Below are positions 22,941 to 36,763 of a stretch of 64,000 bases of DNA, in pieces. Position 1 is the stretch's first letter; each line of letters opens with the position of its first letter. The stretch is from the NCBI GenBank assembly GCA_044892525.1, contig CM097885.1, positions 28,336,001 to 28,400,000 on the forward strand, given 5' to 3'. Both the position numbers and the translations under genes were made by a program. Below the pieces are notes generated by a model. That model was not told where the DNA came from and did no database searches. It saw only the letters and a list, made by a program, of their open reading frames with translations. The stretch comes from Schmidtea polychroa (Eukaryota).

Positions 22941-23344
22941 TTTAAATACGTATATACTGGCGCTATAAGTCGAGAAATTTACGTCAACTTTTCAAGTCAA
23001 AATAGCCTTATATTTATAGCAGCATCTGGTAGATCATTGATCAATGTCTGATGGGAATGCAAATTAACCATATAAACGTTCCTTGGAAATAAGTCCTTAC
23101 AACAAAGATGAATTGAAAAAGAATAAAAGATGAAAATAGTTTTATTTATATTACATTGTTGTTGCTATTATTATTGGTATGCTTGAGTTAAAAAGAAATT
23201 TTCAAAATCAATTAAAATTTAATTAGAAGAACTAAAAAATATATAAAAGCCAATATTTTTAGATGTAAAACTTGGAAACAGGCAGCAATTAATTAATTAA
23301 ATAAATCAAATATTATCAGATTGAGAAATGTGTTAAACACGTTC

Positions 23345-23630
23345 AACCGTTACGATATATCCGTGATTGTGGTTTTGCGTTCTTCCTTCATAATTGACAA
23401 ACATTCCTGTATTTTAAAATCATAAATTTTACAAGAACGACCAACCTTTACACCATCAAACCCTAACTGACGACCATGTTTGAACTGGCTAATCCAATCA
23501 TAGATTGTGGTACAAGAGGGACATTTATTGCCATAAGTTATCTGCAACTGATTCCATATTTACTGACTGTTATCAATATACAAAAGAAAGAATGTAATCA
23601 CAATTCGATACTCGACATGACGTAGAATGA
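23345..23630 (-). pseudogene. mariner transposase N-terminal HTH remnant
   Basis: YG..CPS.TTIYDW..QFK.GR....D....GR pattern of mariner transposases. Confidence 0.75.
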
Positions 23631-24249
23631 TTTGACAAATCAATTTAAAATGTGTTTTCTCACGTCGTTAAGAAGAATATTAAAATAAACTATATTTTTG
23701 TAACCATAGATAATATATAATGATTTCATTAGAATAGTGTTAAAGTTCAATTTCATTTTTATGGGATAGTCCAGTTAATTATTGAATTTACCATTGATAT
23801 TCATCTGAAATTTTGCCATCCCATTGAAATTATTTAATTTATAATTATTATTTAAAAATGTATAATTTTTCTAAAAAATATACGATTTTCTTCATTTTAA
23901 ATTATCCTAATGGCCTTTGTAATGATACTTTTTGACAATACTATTTTGTTTAATCAGATAATTGAAAGATATAAAACTCAAAGTTAACGAATTTTATATT
24001 AAATAATAAAACAAATTCTAAAATTTTTAAATTTATTCGAAGTAATAATTGCATTTTAATTGTCAATTATTTTTTCCTTCAAAGGGGCTTAAATGACAAT
24101 ATTACAAATTTATTTTATTTCTCACTACTCATATTTTGTTATCCTTAAATTTGTTCGTTAAAACAAAGTTTTTGGAATATTCTGTTATAAAAATATAAGA
24201 TAGTCTTAAATTTATTTAATTATTTTATTATATTTTGATATTTGATATT

Positions 24250-25350
24250 TGTATAAGAATTATCTGATAATGAAGTTGAGAAAGGACATTTAAAAATGAG
24301 GTAAGATACGTCGTAAACCCAGAAATAGCAAAGTTTAATTAATTACCATTTATTAGTCTTAAATGGTTTATGGTAGAGATAGTACTTAAAAATGAAATAT
24401 AAGAGATTGCCACTACCACATTCTTATATGATGTCTCGAGAAAATAACATAGAAACACAGTTTACGTAGAATTAAAATCTAAACACGTAAAAGCACTAAT
24501 TAAAACCAATAGAATCAGCAAAACAAACACGAAAATCATAAACATAAAAATAAATATAAAATCACTAACAAATACAAGAAGTATCACAAGAACAAACATT
24601 GATATAACAAAAATAAAAACACAATTAAAATATATTCAATTCAGAGCGATATTAAAAAATAAGACATAAAATAAAATATTTATTAAAAATTACAAAAAAA
24701 TAAACTGGAAAAATAAAGGAAATCGAATTTGAGAATTTAACTCCACGTGCTTTTGATCAAAGAAATGACTCAAAACAAGCTACTTTTATTAATATCACAC
24801 TTTAGAATCTCTGAAATTTTGTCAAAACGATTTCATTAGACTCACTTGATTTATGGGCAGGTAATCCTATGGAAGACCGCCTTAAGTAAGTAGACTAAAC
24901 AAATCTGATACTGGTCAAAAAATATTTTTCTTATCACTTTTGCTTTCTTTTCCGCTTTGATTTCAGTTTGTTCAGTTCTCTACAATAATATTTGTCTTCG
25001 GCCAGGATGGCGACTTGCATGAGTTGATAGCTCCTCGTCAAAATCCACATCTAAAGATCTTCTCACAAAGAGCTGGGACCAATCAAACGTTTCCCTTATC
25101 AAGCTTGAAATTTTCCATTAAATTTATTTATATATTTTCCCCTTAATTAATTAATTAGCCTGTATTTCTTTATTAACTTTGGGAACCCCTAATCCATTTT
25201 ATTTTACTATATTAATTTTTCAATTTTTTAATTAATTTTTGTACTTCAATTATTATTTTTTAATTTTATTACATTGAACATTTTATTACTTTGGACACAT
25301 ATTTCTGTGTATTTATATTTTATTTCCGACTAATCTGGGCAACCCCAACA
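24250..25350 (-). mobile_element. Probable solo/degenerate LTR related to 1171-1894 (left boundary uncertain)
   Basis: Minus-strand start TGTTGGGGTT as in the 1171 element and a TGGGTTT.CGAC motif near the far end; no TSD found. Confidence 0.45.
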
Positions 25351-26455
25351 AAATAGTGAATTAGAAAAAAGAAAATTAAGATGCTATTTTCTCGGGTTCT
25401 GATTCCAATAGTCCAGCATTATAAATTAATCATTTGCCTTAAAAGGTAAAATGAGAAAACTTTCGGTTATAAGATAACTCTTTTCAATCTCTCAGAATTT
25501 AGCTATGTTTAAATGTTCAAATTATTGCTGGTTTTCCTCTTCATATTCATTTTCTTTTTCATTAGTTTAAATTTAATTAAGTAAAATTTAAAATCAAAAT
25601 TAAATTATAAGATTTAAAATTACTACACTTTTCGAAAGGTTCTTTTATTTAAAAAAAAATTCTCAAAAACTAATTACAAACTTAACATTTTGCAATTTTT
25701 ATTTCCAAAAGATTTTAAACGTACTTTTAACATTGAAATAAAATAAATTCTAATTATTGTAATAAAAAATTATTTTAATAAAGTAATGTGTAATTAATTT
25801 AATATTTTTAAATTATTTTTGTAAATGAAGATATTTTATATGATTTAAATAATTATATTATCTTTTTGAATAAAAAAATACGGTTATTTCGTATCCATGA
25901 ATGGTGTTAATAATAAATGTGTTGTAGATTTTTTATAATGGCAAAGATGTTAATATAATTTTCAAAGGAATATTTCTTTCATGGGGATTTATCTTTTTAG
26001 GGTCACATTAATTCTTACCCGTGTTATACCTAAACTACTGTTTACCGCTCTGGAACCTCTTTGACAATTGTTGAAAATATAATTATATTTTATTTATATT
26101 AATTCCAATAATTTAACTTTTTCAATTAGATTACGGGGTTTTCTCAATTTTTAAAGTAATTTAATTTTTAGTAAAGATATTCTTTTTTGAAAATAAAGTA
26201 AAACTATTCTAAAACAATAATTAATTCAAATTTTCAACAGAAAATTATAAAAATATAAAGATCTATTCATTTCGTTTGCTTTGATCTCTTTCTTGAACGT
26301 CATTTAGTTTTACACAAACTATTTTTTATTTCATTAATTTTTTATGTATTATGATAATATTTTAGATTTACAAATGATACGACTGCCGGCAATTTTCGAA
26401 TCGCATTAAAAAATAATTTCAATTATTTGTATATTTCTATACTTGTACAAATAAA

Positions 26456-26640
<185 letters not shown>

Positions 26641-26646
26641 TAATAA

Positions 26647-26772
<126 letters not shown>

Positions 26773-27339
26773 TAATAATGATAATGATAATGATGATTAT
26801 TTAAACAAAGCTGTAAACATTATATTATTCAAATTTTGCAAATCACAAAATTCAACGGCTAAATTGTTTTCTTTTCAAAATAAAAAGTTTCCTTTTCTTG
26901 AAATAGTTTATTCGAAATTTATTTTATGTTGTATTTTATAATCATTTCATTAGCAATTGGATCTGTAAATAAATGTTCCTGTAACGGATATTATCCAAAT
27001 AAACAATTATATATTTTTTCAGTCTTTTGAGATTTAGAGGTCAAAACAAATGAATTAAGAGCTTTCTTAGGAATTCGACAATAAATTTACTCTTCAAATT
27101 TCTGTGTATTTAAGAGTAGATTTAAAAAAAATTAGGAAAAAATTTTGTTTTGACTGAAAATTTATTTTAGTTATTAAATATTGTTTAAATATTTCAAAAA
27201 TTAATTAAATATAGATTTTTAGAAAGAAAAGTTTTACCTGGATAATATTTATTTTAATTTTAAATTGATTTTACTGCATCATGAGATATTTTAATTTTTT
27301 TTCAAAAGAGATTAGAATTTATTGATCTATAGTAGATGG

Positions 27340-27611
27340 ATTGGTCACCGCTGGATCAGGTCACCGCTGGTACACATACACCTAACCTCTACTCCTCCCC
27401 CGAAATATTTTTTTAATAAATCTTTTTAGGACAAAGACAATGACTCATCCGATGACTCATCATGTTAAGAACAGAGACAATGAGTCACCCGATGAGTCAT
27501 CATTATTTTTAGAACAAAGTCAATGACTCATCCGATGACTCATCAATAAATTATTATTATTTTTCTAATTATTATTAAATGATCCAGTGGTGACCTACTT
27601 TTTGTCACGCC
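27340..27611. mobile_element. Small non-autonomous element with GGTCACC.CTGGATCA inverted repeats and three ~41-bp internal tandem units
   Basis: GGTCACCGCTGGATCA (27343) versus TGATCCAGTGGTGACC (~27580); CCTAACC motif; units ACAAAGACAATGACTCATCCGATGACTCATCA. Confidence 0.55.
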
Positions 27612-27747
27612 AAAGGTTAGTGTTATTATCAACCGATTTAATTAATCGTTTTCACATTTTAAAGCCCAGTACAATATCTTTTTAATGATATATAGATATC
27701 ATTATTATCATTATTAGCTTTAAAGATATTAACGCCTGCGCGGGAGA

Positions 27748-27820
<73 letters not shown>

Positions 27821-27835
27821 ATTATTATTATTAAG

Positions 27836-28150
27836 ATAAACATTACAAGCTTTGTAATACCCAGTGCAAATCCCAATAGTAGACTAGTTTCGAGCTTCTG
27901 GCTCTCATCAGTACTATGCAGGAGACGCGAAGATTTCTCTTCGCGCCAGGTAAGTATACAATATTGCTGATTCAACTCTATTGCATACTTTACCTGCTAC
28001 ACTGGAAATCACATCTCTTGCAAATTCGCTAAATCATAGAATAAAATATCTGCAAACCTGTAAACATGAAAAATCATATTCGCCTCGGGAGATACCGTCA
28101 TACACACAAACTGTTTACAAGTGCATCCGTAAACCTTTAGCATTTTTAAC
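27836..28150 (-). mobile_element. U1-headed hammerhead repeat (family A), copy 2
   Basis: U1-like head ends at 27957, hammerhead 27876-27917, shares its 5' boundary with copy 3; 3' end abuts (AAT)n. Confidence 0.9.
27876..27917 (-). ncRNA. Minimal type I hammerhead ribozyme, intact core
   Basis: ATAGTA-CTGATGA-GAGC CAGAA GCTC-GAAA-CTAG-TC-TACTAT. Confidence 0.88.
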
Positions 28151-28437
28151 TTGTAATGGATTAAAATATTTTTTTACGGATGTCAATTATTATAACTATT
28201 ATTATTTTGATTATTTTTATTAAATATTAATTTTTCAAGGTCATATTATTATTTTTCAAAATATTATTTATTTTTCAAGGTCATATTTTTAAAATATAAA
28301 TTTTCAGAGTTCCCGCCAATGGATTTTAGTATTTGATAGCTCATTCGAAAGGTATATGAGAGGTAAGTATCATAGTCATACCCAAAAAGGTCCAAGGATC
28401 CGAGGTTCAAATTTTTAAAACATAATAATATACATAT

Positions 28438-28674
28438 TGTGATGTAATTATAATGGGATATTTAATTTCCCTAACCTTTACCCTATATTACTTAATGCCT
28501 GCATGTGTGATTTATTATTTTTGATTGTCTGGGTCCTCAAATTATGTGACTGATTATTATTTTCCAAAAACCTATTGCTGATTGTGCTGGTGTCGACACA
28601 CCGGGTAATATAAATAGTACCACAATTCCATAAATAAAGTTTTTGGAATTTATTAATTATTCTTGTTCTTTACA
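28438..28674 (+). mobile_element. Possible small solo LTR
   Basis: TGT...ACA ends, internal TATAAATA and AATAAA, flanks CATAT/TATAT. Confidence 0.4.
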
Positions 28675-28745
28675 TATATCAACAAAAGTTATACAAAGGT
28701 GAGTATATCCTTGAAGATCGTACCCTAGAAGTTTAAATATTTAAA

Positions 28746-28812
<67 letters not shown>

Positions 28813-28816
<4 letters not shown>

Positions 28817-28872
28817 GACAAGATATTTTATTCTTAAAATATTTATTTTTACAAACATAACCCATTAAACTA

Positions 28873-28923
<51 letters not shown>

Positions 28924-31784
28924 CAATATTATTATTATTATTATTAATATTAGTGAAAAACCTAAAATATTTACACACATAAGTTATGGGGTAGAGTATT
29001 ATTGTGTGTTTGCAATAATAAAGGGTAAAAAATATTAAGTTTTATCAAAATACATGTAAATTTCTTTAAAATCTATGAAAAATCTATGTTTTCTGTGTGT
29101 GCCTGTACAGAAAATTGTCAATAAGGAGCAATAATTAGGGGGAAATTGGCACGTTCATCATATTTACATCAGCTTTAATAATAACAATATATTAATAATA
29201 ATAAACTAAAACATTTTACTTTCATAACAATTGATCTCCTCAGCATCATTGATGTTGTTGTTCATCTTGTAAATAATGAAATAGAATTAAAATGAAGAGT
29301 GATACAGTATCATTTATTACGTAGTATTTTAGGAATATTTTACGTTGCAGTATTTTAAATTAATGAGCTTTTATTATGCGATGTTCAAATATATGTGTGC
29401 TTGCAAATATTTGTTCAGAATTTTCATCAGTGTTTCCTCAATTTTATTTTAAATTAATGTTGTTATTTGATATATTAATTAACTGAAAACATTAAGTAAA
29501 CTTTATTTCACCTCAAATTCATCATATTACTCCATGTAAATTACTTTATTAACCAAACGATCATGTTTCTATGATAACTATGTTACCTCAAATAGTATGA
29601 AATTCTAAGAAAGATAGAAATTTGACTAAAATTACTCCAAATGATAAAGAATTTATACCAAAATTATTAATGAATTGTCAATAAATGATCATGTATTTCT
29701 CACAAATTTTTAAATTAACTAATGAGTCTATTAAATATTGTCTGAAAATATTTTCTAAATATTATTTTAAATGACTAAAAATCACAAAGTTAACCAATAT
29801 TCTTAAATTATTCGCACAAAATATCCATGTTTTGGTAAAAGTTACTCAAAAATCCCTATTTAAAAATGTTAACCTATACGACCATGTATTTCTCACAAAG
29901 ATATATTACACCCAATGATCATCTTATTAAATTAGAAAAGAATTGTAACCCTATATGAACATGTATATCTAACTAATATACATAAGTACCTTAATTGGTT
30001 AAATGATAACCAAATGATCATGTTTCTATTATAACTCCTTTAAATATTTTTGCCTCGAACAAAGATAGAAATTTACTCCAAATGATAAAGAATTTCTACC
30101 AAAATTATCAATGAATTCCTGAATGTTGTTATTAATGACCATGTATTTCTCACGAAGTTATATAAATTATTTTAACACTAGATTTACCACACCCTTCAAA
30201 ATGACTGGTTTTACAATTTCATTTTTGAATTCCTACTTCGCCTTTATTTTTTTTGGAAATGATTGATTGATTTTTAAATTGATAACTAAAAGAATAATAT
30301 TATGCTGTTAGTTTTATATTTTTATTCATAATCAAATAGATTTTGATTATCATCGGTACTTATACCGAACCAGTCAAAAATGACTGGTGCATTTTTCTAT
30401 GTAATACAATAAAATTACATAGTTTTAAAAAATTCTAAATGCTCCGAAATTGTAACACGATAAAAACAAAATTTCAAGCTGGTGATAATTACATAATTCG
30501 CAATAAATTTGCAGTCGTTGACTGAATTTTGTGAGGTGTTTACTGTGGAATTTTGCTGAGTACACTGGAAAGAAACAATTCTTTGGATAACAAATAATTC
30601 AAGATATTTTTTGGTAAGAAAACTAAATACAGAGAGAAATATTATTCTATTAAAGTGAATTGATTTTTATATCGCCAGAAATTACCAGAAACTGTGTCTT
30701 TTTATAACAATACTAAATTTGGCGTCGATGTTACTGATAAAATGGCACGAAAATATAATGTAAAATCAGGTTCCAGAAGATGGCCACTTCAAGTTTTTTC
30801 AATATTCTAGATTTAGCTGGAATAAATGCCTGGATATTGTATAAAAACACGACAGGTGAAAATATATCAAGAAAAGATTTTTTGTTTCGTCTAGCCGAAG
30901 AACTTGCTTCTGAATACCAGATTAAAAAAACCACCAGAAGCAGCTGATATACCAAGTTCAATTAGCACCCTTCATATACGTAAATGGTGTCAAATAGATA
31001 CTGTAATAATAATAGGACCACGACTATTTGTAATACATGCAAAAAACTGTGGAAAATGTACACAAAGCAAAATCTACGTATGTAAAAATTGTGGCAAACC
31101 CAATACTACTACTACTTTATAGGTTTCCGATTCAGAATTGAAATGGAATTTTAAAATCTTGATTATGTTATATGTTTACTGTGCTCTTTATTATACGGTA
31201 TAGTAATAAAAAATATGTGTATCTTACGTTGTGGATATGACTCGAATATTTTATGTTTCAATCAATTTATAATTAATAAAATATATTACAAATTCACCTA
31301 ATTGGAGTAGTTTTTATTTTTAAAAAATATATAATGACGGAAAACCCTACCAACCATTTTTCCAATATCAGTCATTTTGACTGGAATTGGTATAACTGAC
31401 ATTGTTAAATTGACGGTATATCTAGTGTTAACTATTGTAGCTGAATAAATTACCTATGAAATGTTAAATATTCATATTTTATTACCTTTTGCTATATATT
31501 ATTTTAAATGACTAAAAATGACAAAGTTAACCAATAAATTAGTTGCTCGAAATAAGAAATCGGTAAGTTACATTTAAATATTCTAATTATTCACAGATTT
31601 CTGATATATTACTCAAATGATCATCCAATTCTCATTAAATTACCTAAGAATTTTTAACTAATATACATGTGCTTTAATTTACTAATTAATATTAATATAC
31701 CCTTGCGACATGTTGAATGTGAGCAGTACCCTTACGACCAATTCCCATAGGGGGACAAAATATCTTGTCAGATAAACTCTGACT
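28813..31784. mobile_element. TIR-bounded repeat-rich element (Polinton/Maverick-like end sequence), interrupted by a piggyBac
   Basis: TCTGACAAGATATTTT at 28814 is inverted relative to AAAATATCTTGTCAGATAAACTCTGACT ending 31784; related end at 39929; internal degenerate GA(T/C)CATGT repeats. Confidence 0.45.
30176..31427 (+). mobile_element. piggyBac (PGBD4-like) deletion derivative
   Basis: TTAA TSDs, TIR CACTAGATTTACC/GGTATATCTAGTG; remnant YNNTKFGVDVTD...SRRWPLQVFFNILDLAGINAWILY at ~30680-30910. Confidence 0.9.
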
Positions 31785-32840
31785 ATATATAAGAACTTAC
31801 AATATGCTACCCAAATTGTCTTTATTGATTAATTTGTTGTAGATAGATTTGCATTGATATATCAAAATGTCAGATAATACTGATATTTATAAATTAACTA
31901 AATAAAATACACAAAATGTGATTTTGCTATATTACTTAAGAATTTAGTTATGTTTCTAGTTAAATAATTGAAATAATTGGTATATGTATTTCTGTATTAA
32001 AAAATTGGTTATGAATTCTAGAATAACCATATTTTAATTAATTGGTAAAGTCAAAAACCATGGATTTCTAACTAAATTGTCTGGAAATATTTTACTAAAG
32101 AAATTGCTATATATTTAAAATAACCATGTATTTTTCACTAAATGACCTAAAATTTGCTATATGGTATTGTTAAATATTTTAAAATAATCATAATAATAAG
32201 ATTTAAAAAGATAAATTGATATTATGTCAGGGCATGATAAACTAATATAATTGTATGACTTATAAATTTGCAATACAAGTGCATAATTAACCCTACACTG
32301 CATGACCTTTTATATTTGATAGGAAAAAATGTTTTTTAAGGGGAAATTACCGCCTGAGTTCAGGAAAAATACACAAAAAAATTAAAAATCACTAATTTAG
32401 TAGATATTATGCAATTTCAATATGTATCACCAGTGATACATTATGCAGTAATACAAATGGTGTAATAGGGAAATACATAATATAACAATAAAATGCATAT
32501 ATCTTCAATATAACACAACTTGTTTGGCAGTTTATTATAATTCAAAATAACAATTCATTATAAGTTCAAATAAAAAATATATAATTAAAAAAATAACTAA
32601 AAAATATAAAAAAATATAAATTAATTCATAATAATTTGATATAATATGACTATAGGAATGATTTATTTGTTCAAATGGAAATTGGTAAAACAATTTCTAT
32701 TTTTTAGAAGGCACAAATTCAATTTACATTTTTCACATATGATAGAAGATAAAAAGTTGCATTTTGGATTTTTACATCGTTGCCTCTCATCAGTCCATAT
32801 TGGCCAATGTGCAAATTTGTCCAATCGAACGTCTGCTGGT

Positions 32841-34183
32841 TAGGGTGGAGCTTAAAAATTAAAAAAAATTAAAAAAAGTATTTTTGAAAGTCTTACCCTC
32901 CTAATCTGTTCCTTATAATATAGAAACACTACATAAAAAGTTTGAATAATAAATTATTGTGTTTAGGGGTAGCTCAAGTGCTTCAAATTTACCAAAATTA
33001 TGAAAATTACATAAATTCTCAATTTATTTGTAACAAATCAGTATAAATTTTTCAACACAATTAGATTGCAATCTCAGTTCAGTTTTGGGAAGAGTTCAGG
33101 GTGTCAGTTCAACAATTTCCAAATTTATTGTTTATGTGGTACTCCAGACATAGTTTGTTTCCTGCTGTCAGGGTACATTCGACGATGATCCTCGACAACT
33201 TGCAGGAGGAATTGTAACTGTGATTCATCGTGAGTTAACAAGCCGCTGTATTTTTTATCAGCTCAATTAGTCTGAAAAAAATTAGAAAAGGCATTTTTAT
33301 CAATCATTTGGCATTTGGAATCACGAATTTTACCATTTTAAATATGAAACATTAAAAACAGTTATTTAGCAGTGTTAACTCAACAATAATTGTATTAATA
33401 AAGTAGAGCAATATGCCTCAATCAAGCAAACATTCTGAATTGCCATACTGCTGCAACAATTCTAAAAATATTTGGACTCAACCAGTCAACCTCTACACTG
33501 CAATACACAGATTGTCAAATAAGGTCATACACATTACACAATCAAACACATACACACACAAATTACACATATTTGAAACTTTAAGATAAACCATAAACCT
33601 GTAACATGTGATAATACATTGTATAAATTTAAAAATAATTTCAAATACCTGGTTTGCTGTAGTGTAGTGTTGATGAAAAAATAATCACATTTACAAATTT
33701 ATCACTATTTCAATCATTAATAATAAATAGAAACAAAAATTGTATTTCTTCTGCTTAAGTTAGCAAAATGGCTGTCAGCTTTGGTAGTCTATTGCATTGC
33801 CTCTAACCTGTGAATAAGTAAGCAAACCTACATGCATCAAGGGCAAAAGTTAGTTACTTTTATTAGAAATTAAAAAACACTAAGCTGATGCAAAAATTTT
33901 ATGATAATAATGATAATTACGTAATATCATAAGTTTAGTTTTATTTTGTTTGAATGAACAATTCCAGCTATTATTGATTGTAATGATTAAAAATGATTAA
34001 AGCCCCTTAACCAGTAACCACACGGCTTGTGAAATATATTTTACACTGAAAGAATACAATTATGGACCCGTCGGAGTCTGACGACCAGAGTGCTGGAAAC
34101 TCCACTGTCATTGAGCTACCTCTAAATATTGTTCAATTGTGCTCATATGTTGTCTGAATTATTATTTCATAAATAGGAACAAG
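32841..34183 (-). mobile_element. hATm-like transposon 3' remnant inserted in the piggyBac transposase
   Basis: TAGGGTGG terminus; minus-strand LTHDESQLQFLLQVVEDHRR resembles the C-terminus of hATm-type transposases; splits piggyBac HYP|PADVR. Confidence 0.6.
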
Positions 34184-35341
34184 TGGATAATGAGTTGCTG
34201 ACGTTTTCTGCCTTTTCGCTTCAATTGCAGTTTTTATTTTTGTGCTAGATGGTCTACCTTTTCGGGTTGTAGACGTGCAAGTTTTACATAAACTCTCAGC
34301 TACTTCAAGTCGAAAATCCAATAATGACATAGTGTCCTTGTATCTTTCGTCGAAAGCGCGTTTATATAATAACCATGAATTTACCAATGATACATCTATC
34401 AAGTGGTAAAAAATTCTTATGTACCATTTTTTGGATCTTATTTTAATTTTATATCTACAAATAAGACTATCAGTTTTATCAACTCCACCCATAAAAATAT
34501 TATATTCTTTGATTATATTTGGGCATTCTAAAGTAATCATTTCCTTTCGATTTTTGTCAAAACGTTCAGCTGTTTGTATTGGCTCCTTTCCTGTGAACGT
34601 CGAAATCAAATTTACAAGCTTGTTATCTTTCCAAACTACAGTTGCAATTTCAATTTCATCAATGCATCCAACATATTCTACAATAGTGCCACGTTTTTCC
34701 TTTTTTAATTCTATTTCTGTAGGTAGCTTGCAATTTGGGATGCGATTTCTGCGAACTGTTCCAACGGTATATATTTGGTTTTTTGATAATTCTACAACTA
34801 ATGGTAACGTGGTATAATAATTATCGAAATATATACGATAAATTTCATATTTTGGAACACTGCGTAATAATTGTGATGAATATAATATAGTTTGTTCGAC
34901 AATATTTTCCAATAGTTCATCAGTCCAAAGATATTTAAAAAATTCATACGATGTTTCTAGATTTAAAACACTTGTTGGGAGAGTTGAATTTCCTTTGAAG
35001 GCGAGTTGATCGGATTTATTTGGAAAATCTTTTTGTTTCCACAAAATTTTTGAATATTTATTTCTTAAATCTTTCGCCGCTACTTTTGGATCAACAAAAG
35101 TGCTACTTGTACTAGGAATATTTGATATATTTTCACAAATTTGTTCCGTTTCATCATTCATTATTACAGGTAAATTTTCAATGTCAAACAAATCGTTATC
35201 ATCGTATTCAATAGGTGGCAAAATTTTGGGATTGATAACAAATTCACATTCAGATTCCAATTCATCAAATTGATCTTCACTGTCGTCCCATGCTTCCATA
35301 ATGGCTTGTATTTCCTTTTCATTTAGCGTGTCTCTATTCAT
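34133..35341 (-). pseudogene. piggyBac transposase (first catalytic region deleted, C-terminus displaced)
   Basis: FDNYYT, GTVRRNR, WKDNK, YN..MGGVD..D, KKWY motifs. Confidence 0.9.
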
Positions 35342-36499
35342 TTTTACTGTAGAACTAAATTAAAATTATTTATATATTATATTATATTACTAACATTATT
35401 TTAGATAAGTAGTAAAGCTAACATATTATAATAAAAACATGCGACAGATTATAATAGTACTGTATATTTTTGTTATAATATTTATATTTACTACAATGCA
35501 TGATGTATCAACAGTGATACATGAAGTTAATATTGATATATAAAGGAAATAACAATAAGTTATATAATAAAATGTTGTTTTAATAAATAATATAGTATAT
35601 TATTAAACAAATTTAACTCAACTTACGCTTTTTATATAAAAAATTCAAAACGTATAACTGATTGTTGTCTAAGTACTTTGTACACTTTCACTTAAACTGT
35701 AAGACGTTTTAAAAATTGATTTGGTAATACAAAACTATTGAGAATTACATTACGGTTTTTTTGTATTATATTGCAAATATAGCCAATACAATGTAATATG
35801 AGAGAACATTTACCGAGAACAAGAGCGAGACAGTTTTTATTCTAATAAGATAATTGTGTATCACCAGTGATACAATATGCAGTGTAGGGTTAACAAAGAC
35901 TTTACAAAAAATGTGTTTGATTAACAAAGATACTAGAAATATTATCTTTGCATTTTGTCGAAGATGATTATGACAGTAATATCAGGGGGAAAAATGGACA
36001 GAGGAAAAGCATCATTATGATTGATAATGAATATGTCATGAATTGTAAATTTCCATATATATAAATAACACTATTTCAAAAATTAATCCAAAAATTAAAA
36101 CAAAATGAATTAATAATGTATGTATTTTAATCAAAAAGTATTACAATAAAACAATAAATTTATAAAAAACAAATTAAAACATTTATTTACGAAACAATAA
36201 TAACCAATACATAATGTCACACACATAATGTCAACTTAAAAATATTGGTTAGGGTTTCTTTTGCTTTTCGAGCATCTTCATGGTTATTGCGAAGATCTTT
36301 TTCCCATTTTGATGAACTCATGGGTATATTTCATTCTAAATAATCTAAAAATAATATTATATATTATAAATACCATATCATTTCCTTCATCATATCACTA
36401 CCAGTTGGTAGTTGCGTTCGTACCCAATATATTTAATTACCAAGATGATTTCATACTGTTCAATGTTTGAAAATTTTCCCCATCATAGCACCGTCATTA

Positions 36500-36763
36500 C
36501 TATGATTCATTTGATATAATATTGATTTGTATTGAGAACTTACATGTATATAAAGTATGATATTCATTTATCAATGTTGAACAGGCTTGACAATTGTGAA
36601 CATTCTTCTCGTGACACTTAGAGCAACCAATTACATGACCACACGATAAAAACAAAACCGAAACTTGATTTTCTTTACAAATTGAACAAGTTAAATACCT
36701 TTTCTTAACATCGTTCAGTTTTAACGTTAGCTTATTTTCAATTCTTATCCGGCACGTTTTCAA
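36500..36763 (-). CDS. IAP-type RING finger ORF, probably mobile-element cargo or a fragment
   Basis: CSICKENQVSVLFLSCGHVIGCSKC...CQAC = C3HC4 RING of IAP/MDM2 type. Confidence 0.6.
   Translation of the reverse strand: MKTCRIRIENKLTLKLNDVKKRYLTCSICKENQVSVLFLSCGHVIGCSKCHEKNVHNCQACSTLINEYHTLYTCKFSIQINIISNES

Larger units (their letters stand above)
32291..35889 (-). mobile_element. piggyBac (PGBD3-like) element with internal deletion and nested insertion
   Basis: TTAA TSDs, 13-bp TIR CCCTACACTGCAT, palindromes TGTATCACCAGTGATACA near both ends; transposase 34184-35341 plus C-terminal CRD at ~32661-32839. Confidence 0.93.

Noticed and set aside
27430..27545. CRISPR-like array (also the 44535-44695 minisatellite)
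   Set aside because: Tandem units without unique spacers, eukaryotic context, no cas genes.
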